DNA of 64,000 nucleotides from a virus: UHGV virus genome UHGV-0286546; one strand, 5' to 3'. Shown piece by piece: positions 29,572 to 38,697 of this stretch (position 1 is its first letter; each line of letters starts with the position of its first letter). The notes under the pieces were generated by a model. It saw only the letters and a program-made list of their open reading frames with translations, ran no database searches and was not told where the DNA came from. The position numbers and the translations under genes were made by a program.

Positions 29572-30252
29572 ATGAATGATATTATTACGTATCAAGAGAT
29601 ATTAGATACTGCATTAAACCGTATAAAACAAAAATGTCAAAATATTGATGCTCTTCCTGCTAATTTGTCAAGAGAATTTACAAACAATTCTAATTGGACT
29701 ATAACGAGTAAAACAGTATCACATCAAGTTCAAACAAATACTTTTGAAAACCATACAATATCTGCTACTGCAACTGTTTCAGATAATATTTTATCGGTTA
29801 TATCCAGTGCTACAGTTGCTCAGCAATTAAATGATTTTTTGGTTATGAGAGGTTTAAACAAAAGACAAGATAAGCTTGTGTCTTTTAAGGAAATGCTGAT
29901 CTATTATAATAATATCGCGTCTTTTATTGCTACTAAGGTTGTTACAGTCACTAGTGCATTTAGTACTCTATCTTATTTGTTTTATGATGCAAACACTACT
30001 TCTTTTCCATCTACTGCAGCTTTACCAACCAACGCAGCATATTCCAATGCAGAATTAACAACTGATATTAATGACCTATTAAAAGTTGTAAATAATGTCA
30101 GTAATACACATTTGATTAATACTGTCATTAATTATATCTCTAGTTCGTCTAGTAGTTCGAGTAGTTCTTCTTCATCTTCGAGTTCTTCCAGTAGTTCATC
30201 TAGTAGTAGCAGTTCGTCTTCATCAACGTTCATCGCATACATGGATATTTAA
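29572..30252 (+). CDS. Poly-Ser-tailed protein P1 (226 aa): about 190-aa beta-type domain, then 29 consecutive Ser, then TFIAYMDI
   Basis: Translation; Ser codons span 30139..30225 with mixed codon usage. Paralog of 42007..42753. Confidence 0.6.
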   Translation: MNDIITYQEILDTALNRIKQKCQNIDALPANLSREFTNNSNWTITSKTVSHQVQTNTFENHTISATATVSDNILSVISSATVAQQLNDFLVMRGLNKRQDKLVSFKEMLIYYNNIASFIATKVVTVTSAFSTLSYLFYDANTTSFPSTAALPTNAAYSNAELTTDINDLLKVVNNVSNTHLINTVINYISSSSSSSSSSSSSSSSSSSSSSSSSSSSSTFIAYMDI

Positions 30253-30804
30253 ATGTCATTACCAGTAGTTAGTTACCAAACTATTATCAATCAGTTAAAG
30301 AGTTGGATTTTAAGTAATTGTTATAACTTTGATACAACAGTTGCAAATTTACCAGCAGAGTTTAAAGCTGGATATGCTAATTCTCAACGCTTTGCTGGAA
30401 ATGATACTGCCAATTCAAATTATAGAGTTACCATTAGTAGCGCAGTACCTGTTTTTTCGCCATCAGTCTTTGAAACGCAATTAACAGAATTTATGACTAA
30501 AGTTAATTTATCTGATAAACTCTCTTCGAATATTGTAGAAAGTGAATTTTTTGATTTAGTCTTGAATTTAATATCATTTTGCTCAACCAAATTAAACTTT
30601 GCCAGTAGTCAGTTTAATAGTAATAAGTACTTAATATACAATGGAAATAATACTGTATACACGTTTATCTATCAAATATCATCATTAGAAAAAGAAAAAT
30701 TGATAAAAGCTGACGATTATACAAATTTGTTAAACCAGATATTACTTGTTTCTAAGCAAAATATACGAACTTTTACATGTAAATATACAATAACTCTTTC
30801 TTAA
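30253..30804 (+). CDS. Protein Q1 (183 aa), paralog of 41452..42006; related to the N-domain of P1
   Basis: Its start codon lies 1 nt after the P1 stop (TAAATG). It has the shared N-terminal Y-Q...C.N...LP..F motif and ends in TITLS. Confidence 0.55.
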   Translation: MSLPVVSYQTIINQLKSWILSNCYNFDTTVANLPAEFKAGYANSQRFAGNDTANSNYRVTISSAVPVFSPSVFETQLTEFMTKVNLSDKLSSNIVESEFFDLVLNLISFCSTKLNFASSQFNSNKYLIYNGNNTVYTFIYQISSLEKEKLIKADDYTNLLNQILLVSKQNIRTFTCKYTITLS

Positions 30805-30815
30805 AAGGAAATAAT

Positions 30816-31334
30816 ATGGCTATTCTCGGTGATTATACAAATGCAAACAAATTTTATATTATTAACTCTTCTGGTATTTATGAATGGGTACCTTCTCTTA
30901 GATTAGCAGAAAGATATACAAAGGATCCGAAATATAAAGAATGGTATAATAAAGATATTTATGCTACAAGTGAAGATTTTGTTGTATTCGAAGGTAAAAC
31001 ATATTTAAAATCAGAATATAATAAGTTAGTAAAAGAAAAAGAACAAAAAGTAACTAAAGAATACGTTATAAATACCTTTAAACAACAAACAGAAGAATAT
31101 ATAAATAGGGTTTTACTTGATTACGCTAATTCTTTTGGATATGATAATATTTATACAATGATTTCTTGGAAAGATTCTTCAATTAAAAAATATAAAGAAG
31201 AAGCAAAAGCTGCGATTGCATATAGAGATAAAATCTACCAATACCATTTCGATTGTATAAATTCATTGAATGTAGATAATATAGATTTAACAGCAGAATA
31301 CTTAAAATACCAAGAAAACTTTCCAAAAGGTTAA
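30816..31334 (+). CDS. Hypothetical protein (172 aa)
   Basis: ORF in the rightward accessory operon. Confidence 0.5.
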   Translation: MAILGDYTNANKFYIINSSGIYEWVPSLRLAERYTKDPKYKEWYNKDIYATSEDFVVFEGKTYLKSEYNKLVKEKEQKVTKEYVINTFKQQTEEYINRVLLDYANSFGYDNIYTMISWKDSSIKKYKEEAKAAIAYRDKIYQYHFDCINSLNVDNIDLTAEYLKYQENFPKG

Positions 31335-31389
31335 AGTTTTATTTATTTCCAAAGACTTTATTAAATTCTTATATATAAGTAGTTAATAT

Positions 31390-32268
31390 ATGAGAAATCT
31401 TAAAATGGAATATAAAAAAATATATGAATTTTTAGTTTGGGATAATTGTAATAATAATTGCTCTTTTTGTTTTCAGCGAGAAGCACCCAGATTATTTAAT
31501 CATCAAAAACGTGCATTTATATTAGATGAAGTTATAAATTTTATTCAAAGTGATAGATTTATAAAAGGTAGTCATATATTAGTTTGCGGTGGTGAAATAT
31601 TTGATAAACCACAAGATAATCCTCAACTAAATAACTTTTTTTCTAAAATAATAACATTGATGCTGGATAATGTTATTGATTTGTTATATCTTAATACGAA
31701 TCTTATCTATAAAGATCTTACAGGTTTAAATTTTCTTTTACAAATAATAAAGGACAACAACTTATTTGATAGGTTAAAATTTACAACGTCTTATGATTTA
31801 GAAGGACGCTTTAGAAAAGAAGAAGATAAAGATTTGATGCTTTCTAACTTAAAATGGATAAATAATACATATCCAGACTGTAAGATTGTTGTAAATACTA
31901 TCTTAACAAAACAAGTATGTGAAGCTCTTATAAATGAAAGTTATAAATTAAGTACTTTTATGAGTGAATATAAGTGTTGGGTTAATTTAATTCCGTATAT
32001 TGTATTAGATAATAAATTAACAGCTAAGCGTTCAGATATTTTCAAAGCTTTAAAAATAGTAAATAACGATTGTCCAGGATATCTTTCTAAGTATGTACCA
32101 AACATGTCTATAACTCAAGAAAAGCTGTTATATATGTATAAGGACAATGAATTTAAATTTTGTAGTTGTGATATAGATAAATGTGGTCATTCTATTAACT
32201 TCAAAAGATATTCTGATAAAGGAACTTGCTTTTGTTGTGATTTAATTGAGCTGTTTAAAGGAATATAA
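31390..32268 (+). CDS. Radical SAM enzyme (292 aa), LWxDC subfamily
   Basis: VWDNCNNNCSFC, CGGEIF, TTSYDLEGRF and C-terminal CSCDIDKCGH...CFCCD. Confidence 0.75.
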   Translation: MRNLKMEYKKIYEFLVWDNCNNNCSFCFQREAPRLFNHQKRAFILDEVINFIQSDRFIKGSHILVCGGEIFDKPQDNPQLNNFFSKIITLMLDNVIDLLYLNTNLIYKDLTGLNFLLQIIKDNNLFDRLKFTTSYDLEGRFRKEEDKDLMLSNLKWINNTYPDCKIVVNTILTKQVCEALINESYKLSTFMSEYKCWVNLIPYIVLDNKLTAKRSDIFKALKIVNNDCPGYLSKYVPNMSITQEKLLYMYKDNEFKFCSCDIDKCGHSINFKRYSDKGTCFCCDLIELFKGI

Positions 32269-32271
32269 AAA

Positions 32272-33285
32272 ATGAAAGAGGCTTTAGAATATTGGTTAAA
32301 TTATAAAAACATACCAGAAAAAGAATTAATACAATTAAATACTATTCGTGAAGAAAATAAACAATTTTACAATGAAAGTAAGTATAAATTGTTAGAAGAT
32401 GACTTGTTTGATAGAATGCCTTTTTGTCAATTGAATTCAAAAAATGCGCACATTACAGTAAGTACGTGTGCAAGCGAATTGATAGAAAAATTGTTTGAAA
32501 CTTTTGTAGACGAGGATACTCTTATAATTTCTTCTTCTGTTGAACATACTACTGTCGTTAATGAAAAAAGTAAACGAAAAAATGTTTATGACTTACATTA
32601 CTACGAAGAGATAAAGGCATTAAATTTTAGTAAATTAAAGAATATTATAAAAGGTTTTAAAAAAGTATTTGTATATATCATTGGTGCTCAAATCTCAACA
32701 GGAGAAATAACGACACAGGTATTTTTTAAAAAATTAAAGCAAACACTAGATGAAAATAACATCAAATCAATTTTTGTTTTGGATGACGTACATGGAATGT
32801 ATATTTATCCTAGAGATTATTCTTTTTTCAATTTTATTATAGGTACTGCACATGCATTAATAAGACCTTATGATATGGGAATTCTCATTCATAATGATAC
32901 TTTAAATAAAAAAGAATATGAAATTGGTGAAAAAGTATATAATTGGGTTTATCAATATATAACAAAATTAGATATGATCTTGGAGCGTAAAGATAAATTA
33001 TTTATGTTAGGACAGATTCTAAACGAATATTTTGCTAAATACACAGACTTTCAAAGATATACCGATAATATTCCAAATATATATGCAATTAAAACACCAT
33101 ATAAAACTTTTACACAAAAAATGTGGGATAATTTAGACGCTTATGAAATTCGTTTAGAAATAGCCAATAAAGCACAAGGCGGAATCATTAGATTTAGAGC
33201 ACAGCAATTTATTACGTTTCCTGATTATTTGTTAAAGGGTTTAAACGTATTAGATAAAATCTTATATACTTTACAACACTTTTAA
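32272..33285 (+). CDS. Hypothetical protein (337 aa) with weak, degenerate resemblance to the class-V aminotransferase/cysteine-desulfurase fold
   Basis: IISSSVEHTTVVNE resembles the IITSxxEHxAV block and ISTGEITT resembles NETGVIQ. The expected PLP-binding Lys in the GHK block is absent (GTAHAL). Confidence 0.3.
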   Translation: MKEALEYWLNYKNIPEKELIQLNTIREENKQFYNESKYKLLEDDLFDRMPFCQLNSKNAHITVSTCASELIEKLFETFVDEDTLIISSSVEHTTVVNEKSKRKNVYDLHYYEEIKALNFSKLKNIIKGFKKVFVYIIGAQISTGEITTQVFFKKLKQTLDENNIKSIFVLDDVHGMYIYPRDYSFFNFIIGTAHALIRPYDMGILIHNDTLNKKEYEIGEKVYNWVYQYITKLDMILERKDKLFMLGQILNEYFAKYTDFQRYTDNIPNIYAIKTPYKTFTQKMWDNLDAYEIRLEIANKAQGGIIRFRAQQFITFPDYLLKGLNVLDKILYTLQHF

Positions 33286-33947
33286 TCTTTATGATTATTA
33301 AGTTCGTTAAATAAATCTAAGTAAATAGTATTTTTTAACAGAAGTGGTTGAAAATATCTAATTGCATCTTTAATATAAAAGCATTCTGATATTTCAAAAG
33401 ATTCACTCGTTGAAAATATTCCACTCAGTGTTAATAGATCGATATTTAAAAAGATGTTTTTGTATGTTTCAGGCAAGTCAACACATTTGTCTGTAGGAAG
33501 AAAAGTAGTTTTATTATAGGATTTTATTAAAGAGATAAAATACATTGATAATTTTTTGTTAAACTCTTTGATTTCATCTTTTAGGTTTAATCGTAAGTCT
33601 AACATATCCTCGATAGACGAAATATAAATGTTTTCATTCATAAAGAAGGAATCGTCTAGAGTATTATATGTTTTAATTAAATTTAGGATATTGAGGAGCA
33701 TTAAAGAATCTTTTAAGTTTTTATAATTTAATGCAAATTTTAATCCTTCTGTAATTAATTCAATGTCTAAACCTTTTAAATTAGTTAAAAAGATATCTTT
33801 TGAATTTTTATATTCAGATTCAAAAATTATATTTAAGTTTTCTACTAATTTCTCGGCAGTGATACTTGGGCTAAATGTAATTTCATAAGTCTCCTGAGTA
33901 TCGATTTTTTTCTTTTCGATTGTTGTGTCTTCTAATACCAAATTCAT
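33282..33947 (-). CDS. Acidic protein R1 (221 aa), paralog of 42689..43393
   Basis: Shares the KxLSMYFISLIKSYxKTTFLPTD block with R2. Confidence 0.55.
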   Translation of the reverse strand: MNLVLEDTTIEKKKIDTQETYEITFSPSITAEKLVENLNIIFESEYKNSKDIFLTNLKGLDIELITEGLKFALNYKNLKDSLMLLNILNLIKTYNTLDDSFFMNENIYISSIEDMLDLRLNLKDEIKEFNKKLSMYFISLIKSYNKTTFLPTDKCVDLPETYKNIFLNIDLLTLSGIFSTSESFEISECFYIKDAIRYFQPLLLKNTIYLDLFNELNNHKD

Positions 33948-33977
33948 AAATTATCTCTTTTACTATAAAGGTTATCT

Positions 33978-33995
33978 TGTTCTAATATACAGAAC
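33978..33995. promoter_or_regulatory. Palindromic element TGTTCTAATATACAGAAC in a divergent promoter region
   Basis: The same 14-mer occurs at 16447. GTTCT and AGAAC form inverted arms. Confidence 0.35.
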
Positions 33996-34044
33996 TACAA
34001 TCAAATGTTTATTTTTAAAATAATGTTGTGATAAAAGAGGGATA

Positions 34045-34971
34045 ATGATGCAAAGATATAAAGCTCCGAGTAAGTTTATACAATACCAGTTATGGCAAGA
34101 TTGTAGAAACGGTTGTAAATTCTGTTCAGAACTGAATCAATTAAATGTGGATAAAAAGTGGGCTTTAAACTTTACACTTGACAAATTAAATAATCCTGAA
34201 GTATTTGATTACGAAGAAGTTGGTATTATCGGAGGAGAAATCTTTGATAACCAATTACAAGATCCAGAAGTACAAAAATTGTTTTACGTACTGACTGATA
34301 AAATTTGTACTATGCATTTCAAAAAAATATACATTGCGACTTCTTTAATTTATGATATTAAACCTTATTTAATACCATATCTACAACATCTCAGAAAATT
34401 GAATGTTGCTGATAAAGTTTTATTGTGTACTTCTTATGATTTGAAATATAGATTTAATAAAGAAGGTAAAAAAGAATTATGGGAAAATAATATGTTACAA
34501 TTACAAAAAGATTTTCCAGATTTCAGAACGCATGTAGAAACTATTCTTACCCAGTATTTTATCGACGCAGTTTTAAATAAAGAGTTTAATATCAAAGAAT
34601 TTGTTAAAAAATTTAATACAAGAATAGATTATATTGAGCCCGCTTCTGGTATGTATTATAAAGACAAACAAGATTGTGAAAAAGTATGTCCAGGATTTTT
34701 TCCAACTAAAAAGAGTTTTATAAAATTTTTAATTCAAGAAGGTATAAAAGATAATTCAATTGATTTATCGTGTATGATCTCGTATCAGATTAGAGCGAGT
34801 AGAATATATCATTTAGATTGTGGTAAGTTTGTTTGTTATGAAGATAGAAGAAAACCTGGATTTAGAGTAATTTGTTCAGACTCAACAAAAAAATATGAAA
34901 TTGGTTTTATAGATTCTGATGATTCTATGGAAGATGTTGCGACATTAATATGTGAAATGAAAAATGACTAA
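34045..34971 (+). CDS. Radical SAM enzyme (308 aa), LWxDC subfamily
   Basis: QLWQDCRNGCKFC, IGGEIF and CTSYDLKYRF. The C-terminus ends KKYEIGFIDSDDSM, as in the next gene. Confidence 0.75.
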   Translation: MMQRYKAPSKFIQYQLWQDCRNGCKFCSELNQLNVDKKWALNFTLDKLNNPEVFDYEEVGIIGGEIFDNQLQDPEVQKLFYVLTDKICTMHFKKIYIATSLIYDIKPYLIPYLQHLRKLNVADKVLLCTSYDLKYRFNKEGKKELWENNMLQLQKDFPDFRTHVETILTQYFIDAVLNKEFNIKEFVKKFNTRIDYIEPASGMYYKDKQDCEKVCPGFFPTKKSFIKFLIQEGIKDNSIDLSCMISYQIRASRIYHLDCGKFVCYEDRRKPGFRVICSDSTKKYEIGFIDSDDSMEDVATLICEMKND

Positions 34972-35875
34972 TTTTATCTATATAAATCCAAATAAATTTA
35001 TTCAATTTGAACTGTGGAAAGATTGTTCAATAGGTTGTCGATTCTGTTGTAATAAGGGTCAACCTAAAATTGATAAAACAAAATCTTTAAATAAGATAAT
35101 AGAGTTATTAAGCAACCGTGATATTATAAATGGATATAATGAAATAGGTATTATTGGTGGAGAGCTTTTTAATGGAGAATACAAAGAAGTCGAAGAATTG
35201 TTTTATAAACTTTTAGATAAAATAATATCTTGTAATTTCGATAAAATTTACATGGCAACTTCTTTGATTTTTGACTTACATGATTATTTAATACCAGTTT
35301 TAGAATATTTGAGAAAAAATAATTGTTTAGATAAATGTTGGATATGTACTTCATACGATGTAGCGTTTAGATTTAAAACACAAGAAAAATTGGACTTGTG
35401 GAAAAACAATATGAAATTTTTAGAAGGCAATTATCCTGAAGTTCATACGCATGTCGAAACAATTATTACTCAACACTTTATAAATGCAGTTTTAAATAAA
35501 GAGTTTGATCTACAAAATTTCTGCAATTATTTTCATACCCAAATTGATTTTATCGAACCTGCTTCTGGCTTATATTATGTAGATAAACAAGATTGTGAAA
35601 AAGATTGTCCAGGATTCTTTCCTACTAAAAGAAGTTTCATCAAAGTATTACCAAAGTTAGCAAAAGTTGTTAATTTAAATTCATTATTATCAATGGAATT
35701 AAGATCTGAAACATTATATTATTATACAGATGGTGAATTTAGATTGGCAGATAATAGAAGAAATGGTGATGGTAGGTGTCTTTTAAATGGTAATAAAAAA
35801 TACGAAATTGGATTTATAGATTCTGATAAATCAATGCGAGATGTGGTAATTGAATATTGTAAACTGATAGACTAG
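34964..35875 (+). CDS. Radical SAM enzyme (303 aa), tandem paralog of 34045..34971
   Basis: ELWKDCSIGCRFC, IGGELF, CTSYDVAFRF and C-terminal KKYEIGFIDSDKSM. Confidence 0.75.
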   Translation: MTNFIYINPNKFIQFELWKDCSIGCRFCCNKGQPKIDKTKSLNKIIELLSNRDIINGYNEIGIIGGELFNGEYKEVEELFYKLLDKIISCNFDKIYMATSLIFDLHDYLIPVLEYLRKNNCLDKCWICTSYDVAFRFKTQEKLDLWKNNMKFLEGNYPEVHTHVETIITQHFINAVLNKEFDLQNFCNYFHTQIDFIEPASGLYYVDKQDCEKDCPGFFPTKRSFIKVLPKLAKVVNLNSLLSMELRSETLYYYTDGEFRLADNRRNGDGRCLLNGNKKYEIGFIDSDKSMRDVVIEYCKLID

Positions 35876-35876
35876 T

Positions 35877-36893
35877 ATGCAAAAAACCTCTAATTTTTTT
35901 ATTGTTTTAACGAATACTTGTAATTTAAAATGTAAACACTGTTATGATTTCAAATCGAATCTAAACATGACAGATTCGTTATTAAATAAAGTAGAAGATT
36001 ACATAATCGATAGTATAAACAATAATCAAGATGAAAATGAGTTTTGTATAAATTATGTCGGTGGTGAAATAACCTTATATAATCAAACGAGATTAATTTC
36101 AAGTATTAAAAAGATAAAAGAAAGGTGTAAAAGTAAAACAATAAGATTTTTATCTCAATCTAATTTGAGTACTGATTTAAGTGATACCTCTCTTGAATTT
36201 TTTAAATTACTCGACGAGATAGGTACTTCATACGATCCATTAATACGTTTCACTAGCTATAACCAAAAGATAAAATGGATCGAAAATATCCGTAAAATAC
36301 AAAGTCTGGGTGTACCGATTAGATTGACAATTACTTTAACAAAACAGTGTATTGAAACATTAAATCCTGAAACCTTGTTAGATTTTATGTTAGCTCTAAA
36401 TATAAAAATTTTGGAATTTAATCGTTATTTTCCAACTCTATCAGATACTGTTTTTACAAATGTATTACCAAAAAACGATAAGGTGCGTGATTGGACATAT
36501 TCGTTATTTATACAATACTTAAAAATTAAAAAGGCATGTGATTTTAGTTGTGTTAATTTGGATTGTTTAATTGATAGTTTCGAAGGTAATTACAACTGGG
36601 AACATGGAAGAACTTGTACTTTAGACAATGAAACTTTTTCTCCAAACGGTGATATTTCAACTTGTATGTTAATGCAGAAGAAACCAATTTATAATTTGTT
36701 AAGAAATGAAAAATTAAATAATAAGGAAGATATTTTAAAAGAAGAACAAAATATTCCAGATTTATGTAAACAGTGCAAATATTTAAAGTATTGTAAAGGA
36801 GATTGTCAGCGTTGTATTTTTGATGAAACAGGATGTACAACAGCTTATAAAATTTACGATTATTTGGAAGAAATGCAGAAACTAAAATCATGA
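35877..36893 (+). CDS. Radical SAM-SPASM enzyme (338 aa), paralog of 19823..20800
   Basis: CNLKCKHCY, VGGEITL, GTSYDPLIRF and C-terminal CKQCKYLKYCKGDCQRCIFDETGC. Confidence 0.8.
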   Translation: MQKTSNFFIVLTNTCNLKCKHCYDFKSNLNMTDSLLNKVEDYIIDSINNNQDENEFCINYVGGEITLYNQTRLISSIKKIKERCKSKTIRFLSQSNLSTDLSDTSLEFFKLLDEIGTSYDPLIRFTSYNQKIKWIENIRKIQSLGVPIRLTITLTKQCIETLNPETLLDFMLALNIKILEFNRYFPTLSDTVFTNVLPKNDKVRDWTYSLFIQYLKIKKACDFSCVNLDCLIDSFEGNYNWEHGRTCTLDNETFSPNGDISTCMLMQKKPIYNLLRNEKLNNKEDILKEEQNIPDLCKQCKYLKYCKGDCQRCIFDETGCTTAYKIYDYLEEMQKLKS

Positions 36894-38200
36894 GTGTACC
36901 CTACGATTATAATTATACAACACTAAATAATATACAGATTCATGTCACAGGTTGTGGTTTAGCGGAATACGACGCCAAGTGCTTTGCTTCTACTTTGCCT
37001 ACAGACGAAAAAGCAATCGTTTTTGGTACTTGTTCTTTTTTGAAAGAAAGAGAAATCGAGAATATGATTATCTTAAAATTATTATCATCAGTTTATACAG
37101 ATTATACTTTTTATTTATTAGGATGTGACATAAATAACAATAGAAATAGATATTTAAAATACGGTAAAGTTTTTTCTAACCAAGAAGTAAAAGCAATTAT
37201 AAATAACAATAAATTAAAAGTAATAACTAGCTTAAACAATAAAGTTAGAATAAAAATACAAGATGGATGTAAAAACAATTGTAGTTATTGTATAATTCAC
37301 AAATTGAGGAATGATTTATTTTCTGTTCCATATTCAAAAATTTATGATTCATTACTCAAATTAAATACTTTAGATACAATAGAAGAAATCGAATTTTCTG
37401 GTGTAGAAGTTTGTTATTATTACGATAAAGAAAATAAATTTGGATTAGTACAGTTATTAGATAAAGTAATTAAAGATTTTCCAAAGATAAAAAATATAAC
37501 ATTAACAGCATTAGATCCTGCTGCTAAAAATATATTCGATATTTTAGAGTTTGTATCTTTACACCGTGATAAATTTCTATTACCTTTGAATTTGGCTGTA
37601 CAATCAGGTTGTCAAAAAACGTTAAATAATATGAACAGACATTATTCTGTAGAAAGAATAATTGCAATCACAAATGCTGCAAATCAATATAAAATTCCGT
37701 TAAAATGGGATATTATCGTCGGTTTTCCAGGAGAATCAGAAGAAGATTTTAATGAAACTAAAAAGTTAATGCAAGATTTAATGATAAATACTGCAAATGT
37801 TTTTATATATTCACCTAGAAAAGGAACAGAGACTTATCTCAAGAAACAAGTACCAAATCTAACTAAACATCAACGTCAAAAAGAATTACTGAGTATGTTA
37901 GATAAAGTAGAAAATATATCAAGCGGTAATGAAACTAAAAAGTTGATACAAGATCTAATGATAAATAATAATATAATATATTTACGTAAATTTTCAGATA
38001 TTGTTAATTTTGTAAAGTATCCAAATTTAGATACAATGATTTGTTTTGATTATACACAAGATAATTATTCAGAGATTATAATTAACTTCTTAAAAGAATA
38101 CTTTAAGGACATAAAATTAATTGTAAATATACCCAAAGAAAAAAATATAGATAAAAAAGACTTTGAAAATAAATTTATATGTAAAGTAAGATTTGTTTAA
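36890..38200 (+). CDS. MiaB/RimO/MtaB-family methylthiotransferase-like radical SAM enzyme (436 aa) without a recognisable TRAM domain
   Basis: N-terminal MTTase-type Cys triad (HVTGCG...C...FGTCSF), CKNNCSYC, LNLAVQSGCQKTL and DIIVGFPGESEEDF...IYSPRKGTETY. It contains an internal 42-nt near-repeat. Confidence 0.65.
   Translation: MSVPYDYNYTTLNNIQIHVTGCGLAEYDAKCFASTLPTDEKAIVFGTCSFLKEREIENMIILKLLSSVYTDYTFYLLGCDINNNRNRYLKYGKVFSNQEVKAIINNNKLKVITSLNNKVRIKIQDGCKNNCSYCIIHKLRNDLFSVPYSKIYDSLLKLNTLDTIEEIEFSGVEVCYYYDKENKFGLVQLLDKVIKDFPKIKNITLTALDPAAKNIFDILEFVSLHRDKFLLPLNLAVQSGCQKTLNNMNRHYSVERIIAITNAANQYKIPLKWDIIVGFPGESEEDFNETKKLMQDLMINTANVFIYSPRKGTETYLKKQVPNLTKHQRQKELLSMLDKVENISSGNETKKLIQDLMINNNIIYLRKFSDIVNFVKYPNLDTMICFDYTQDNYSEIIINFLKEYFKDIKLIVNIPKEKNIDKKDFENKFICKVRFV
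37753..37972 (+). repeat. Two near-identical 42-nt copies (4 mismatches), 178 nt apart, inside the methylthiotransferase-like gene
   Basis: AATGAAACTAAAAAGTTAATGCAAGATTTAATGATAAATACT at about 37753 versus AATGAAACTAAAAAGTTGATACAAGATCTAATGATAAATAAT at about 37931. They encode the duplicated NETKKLMQDLMIN peptide. Confidence 0.6.
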
Positions 38201-38697
38201 TATAGAAAGACTTTTAATTCTTTATATCCATTGTTTAAATCTGTTATTTCATATGCCCGTTGTAAATTATCTAAAGATTTTACTGTAACTTTGTCATCTC
38301 GGTAAATATTCAAACCCGTTGCACTTTTAATATCTATAACGTTATTAGCTGAATAAGCAGAAATTATTTTGCAAACTAATGTATCTTTTGGGATAAGTAA
38401 GTCAGAAGTTTCATTGTTAATAATCTTTAATTTAAATTCTATGTTTTCTTCTGGATATTCTATATGAAATCTTTCGGTATAAATCGGATTTAACTTAGAA
38501 TCTTCATACCATAACTCACCAGTAATAAAGCAAATGTCTTCGATATTTTTACAAGAAATAAATAAACCAGTGTTTAATTCAAAAAGTTGATTCTTTTTAA
38601 CTACAATATCTTTGTTTAATATAACATACTTTTTATCTAATCTATTTTTATCATCTTGTAAATAGATTACATCTGCTTTATTTTCAAATACTATCAT
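38197..38697 (-). CDS. Hypothetical protein (166 aa)
   Basis: ORF overlapping the upstream rSAM gene by 4 nt. Confidence 0.5.
   Translation of the reverse strand: MIVFENKADVIYLQDDKNRLDKKYVILNKDIVVKKNQLFELNTGLFISCKNIEDICFITGELWYEDSKLNPIYTERFHIEYPEENIEFKLKIINNETSDLLIPKDTLVCKIISAYSANNVIDIKSATGLNIYRDDKVTVKSLDNLQRAYEITDLNNGYKELKVFLY

Noticed and set aside
30139-30225. The poly-Ser coding stretch as a slippage-prone simple-sequence (contingency) repeat
   Set aside because: The 29 Ser codons alternate among AGT, TCT, TCG, TCA, TCC and AGC with no long perfect triplet repeat. The same holds for the 24-codon tract at about 42031..42102. This is protein-level homopolymer selection, not a microsatellite.
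32272-33285. Calling this ORF a functional cysteine desulfurase
   Set aside because: The PLP-binding Lys is absent and the similarity is confined to short blocks. It is kept only as a low-confidence fold hypothesis.
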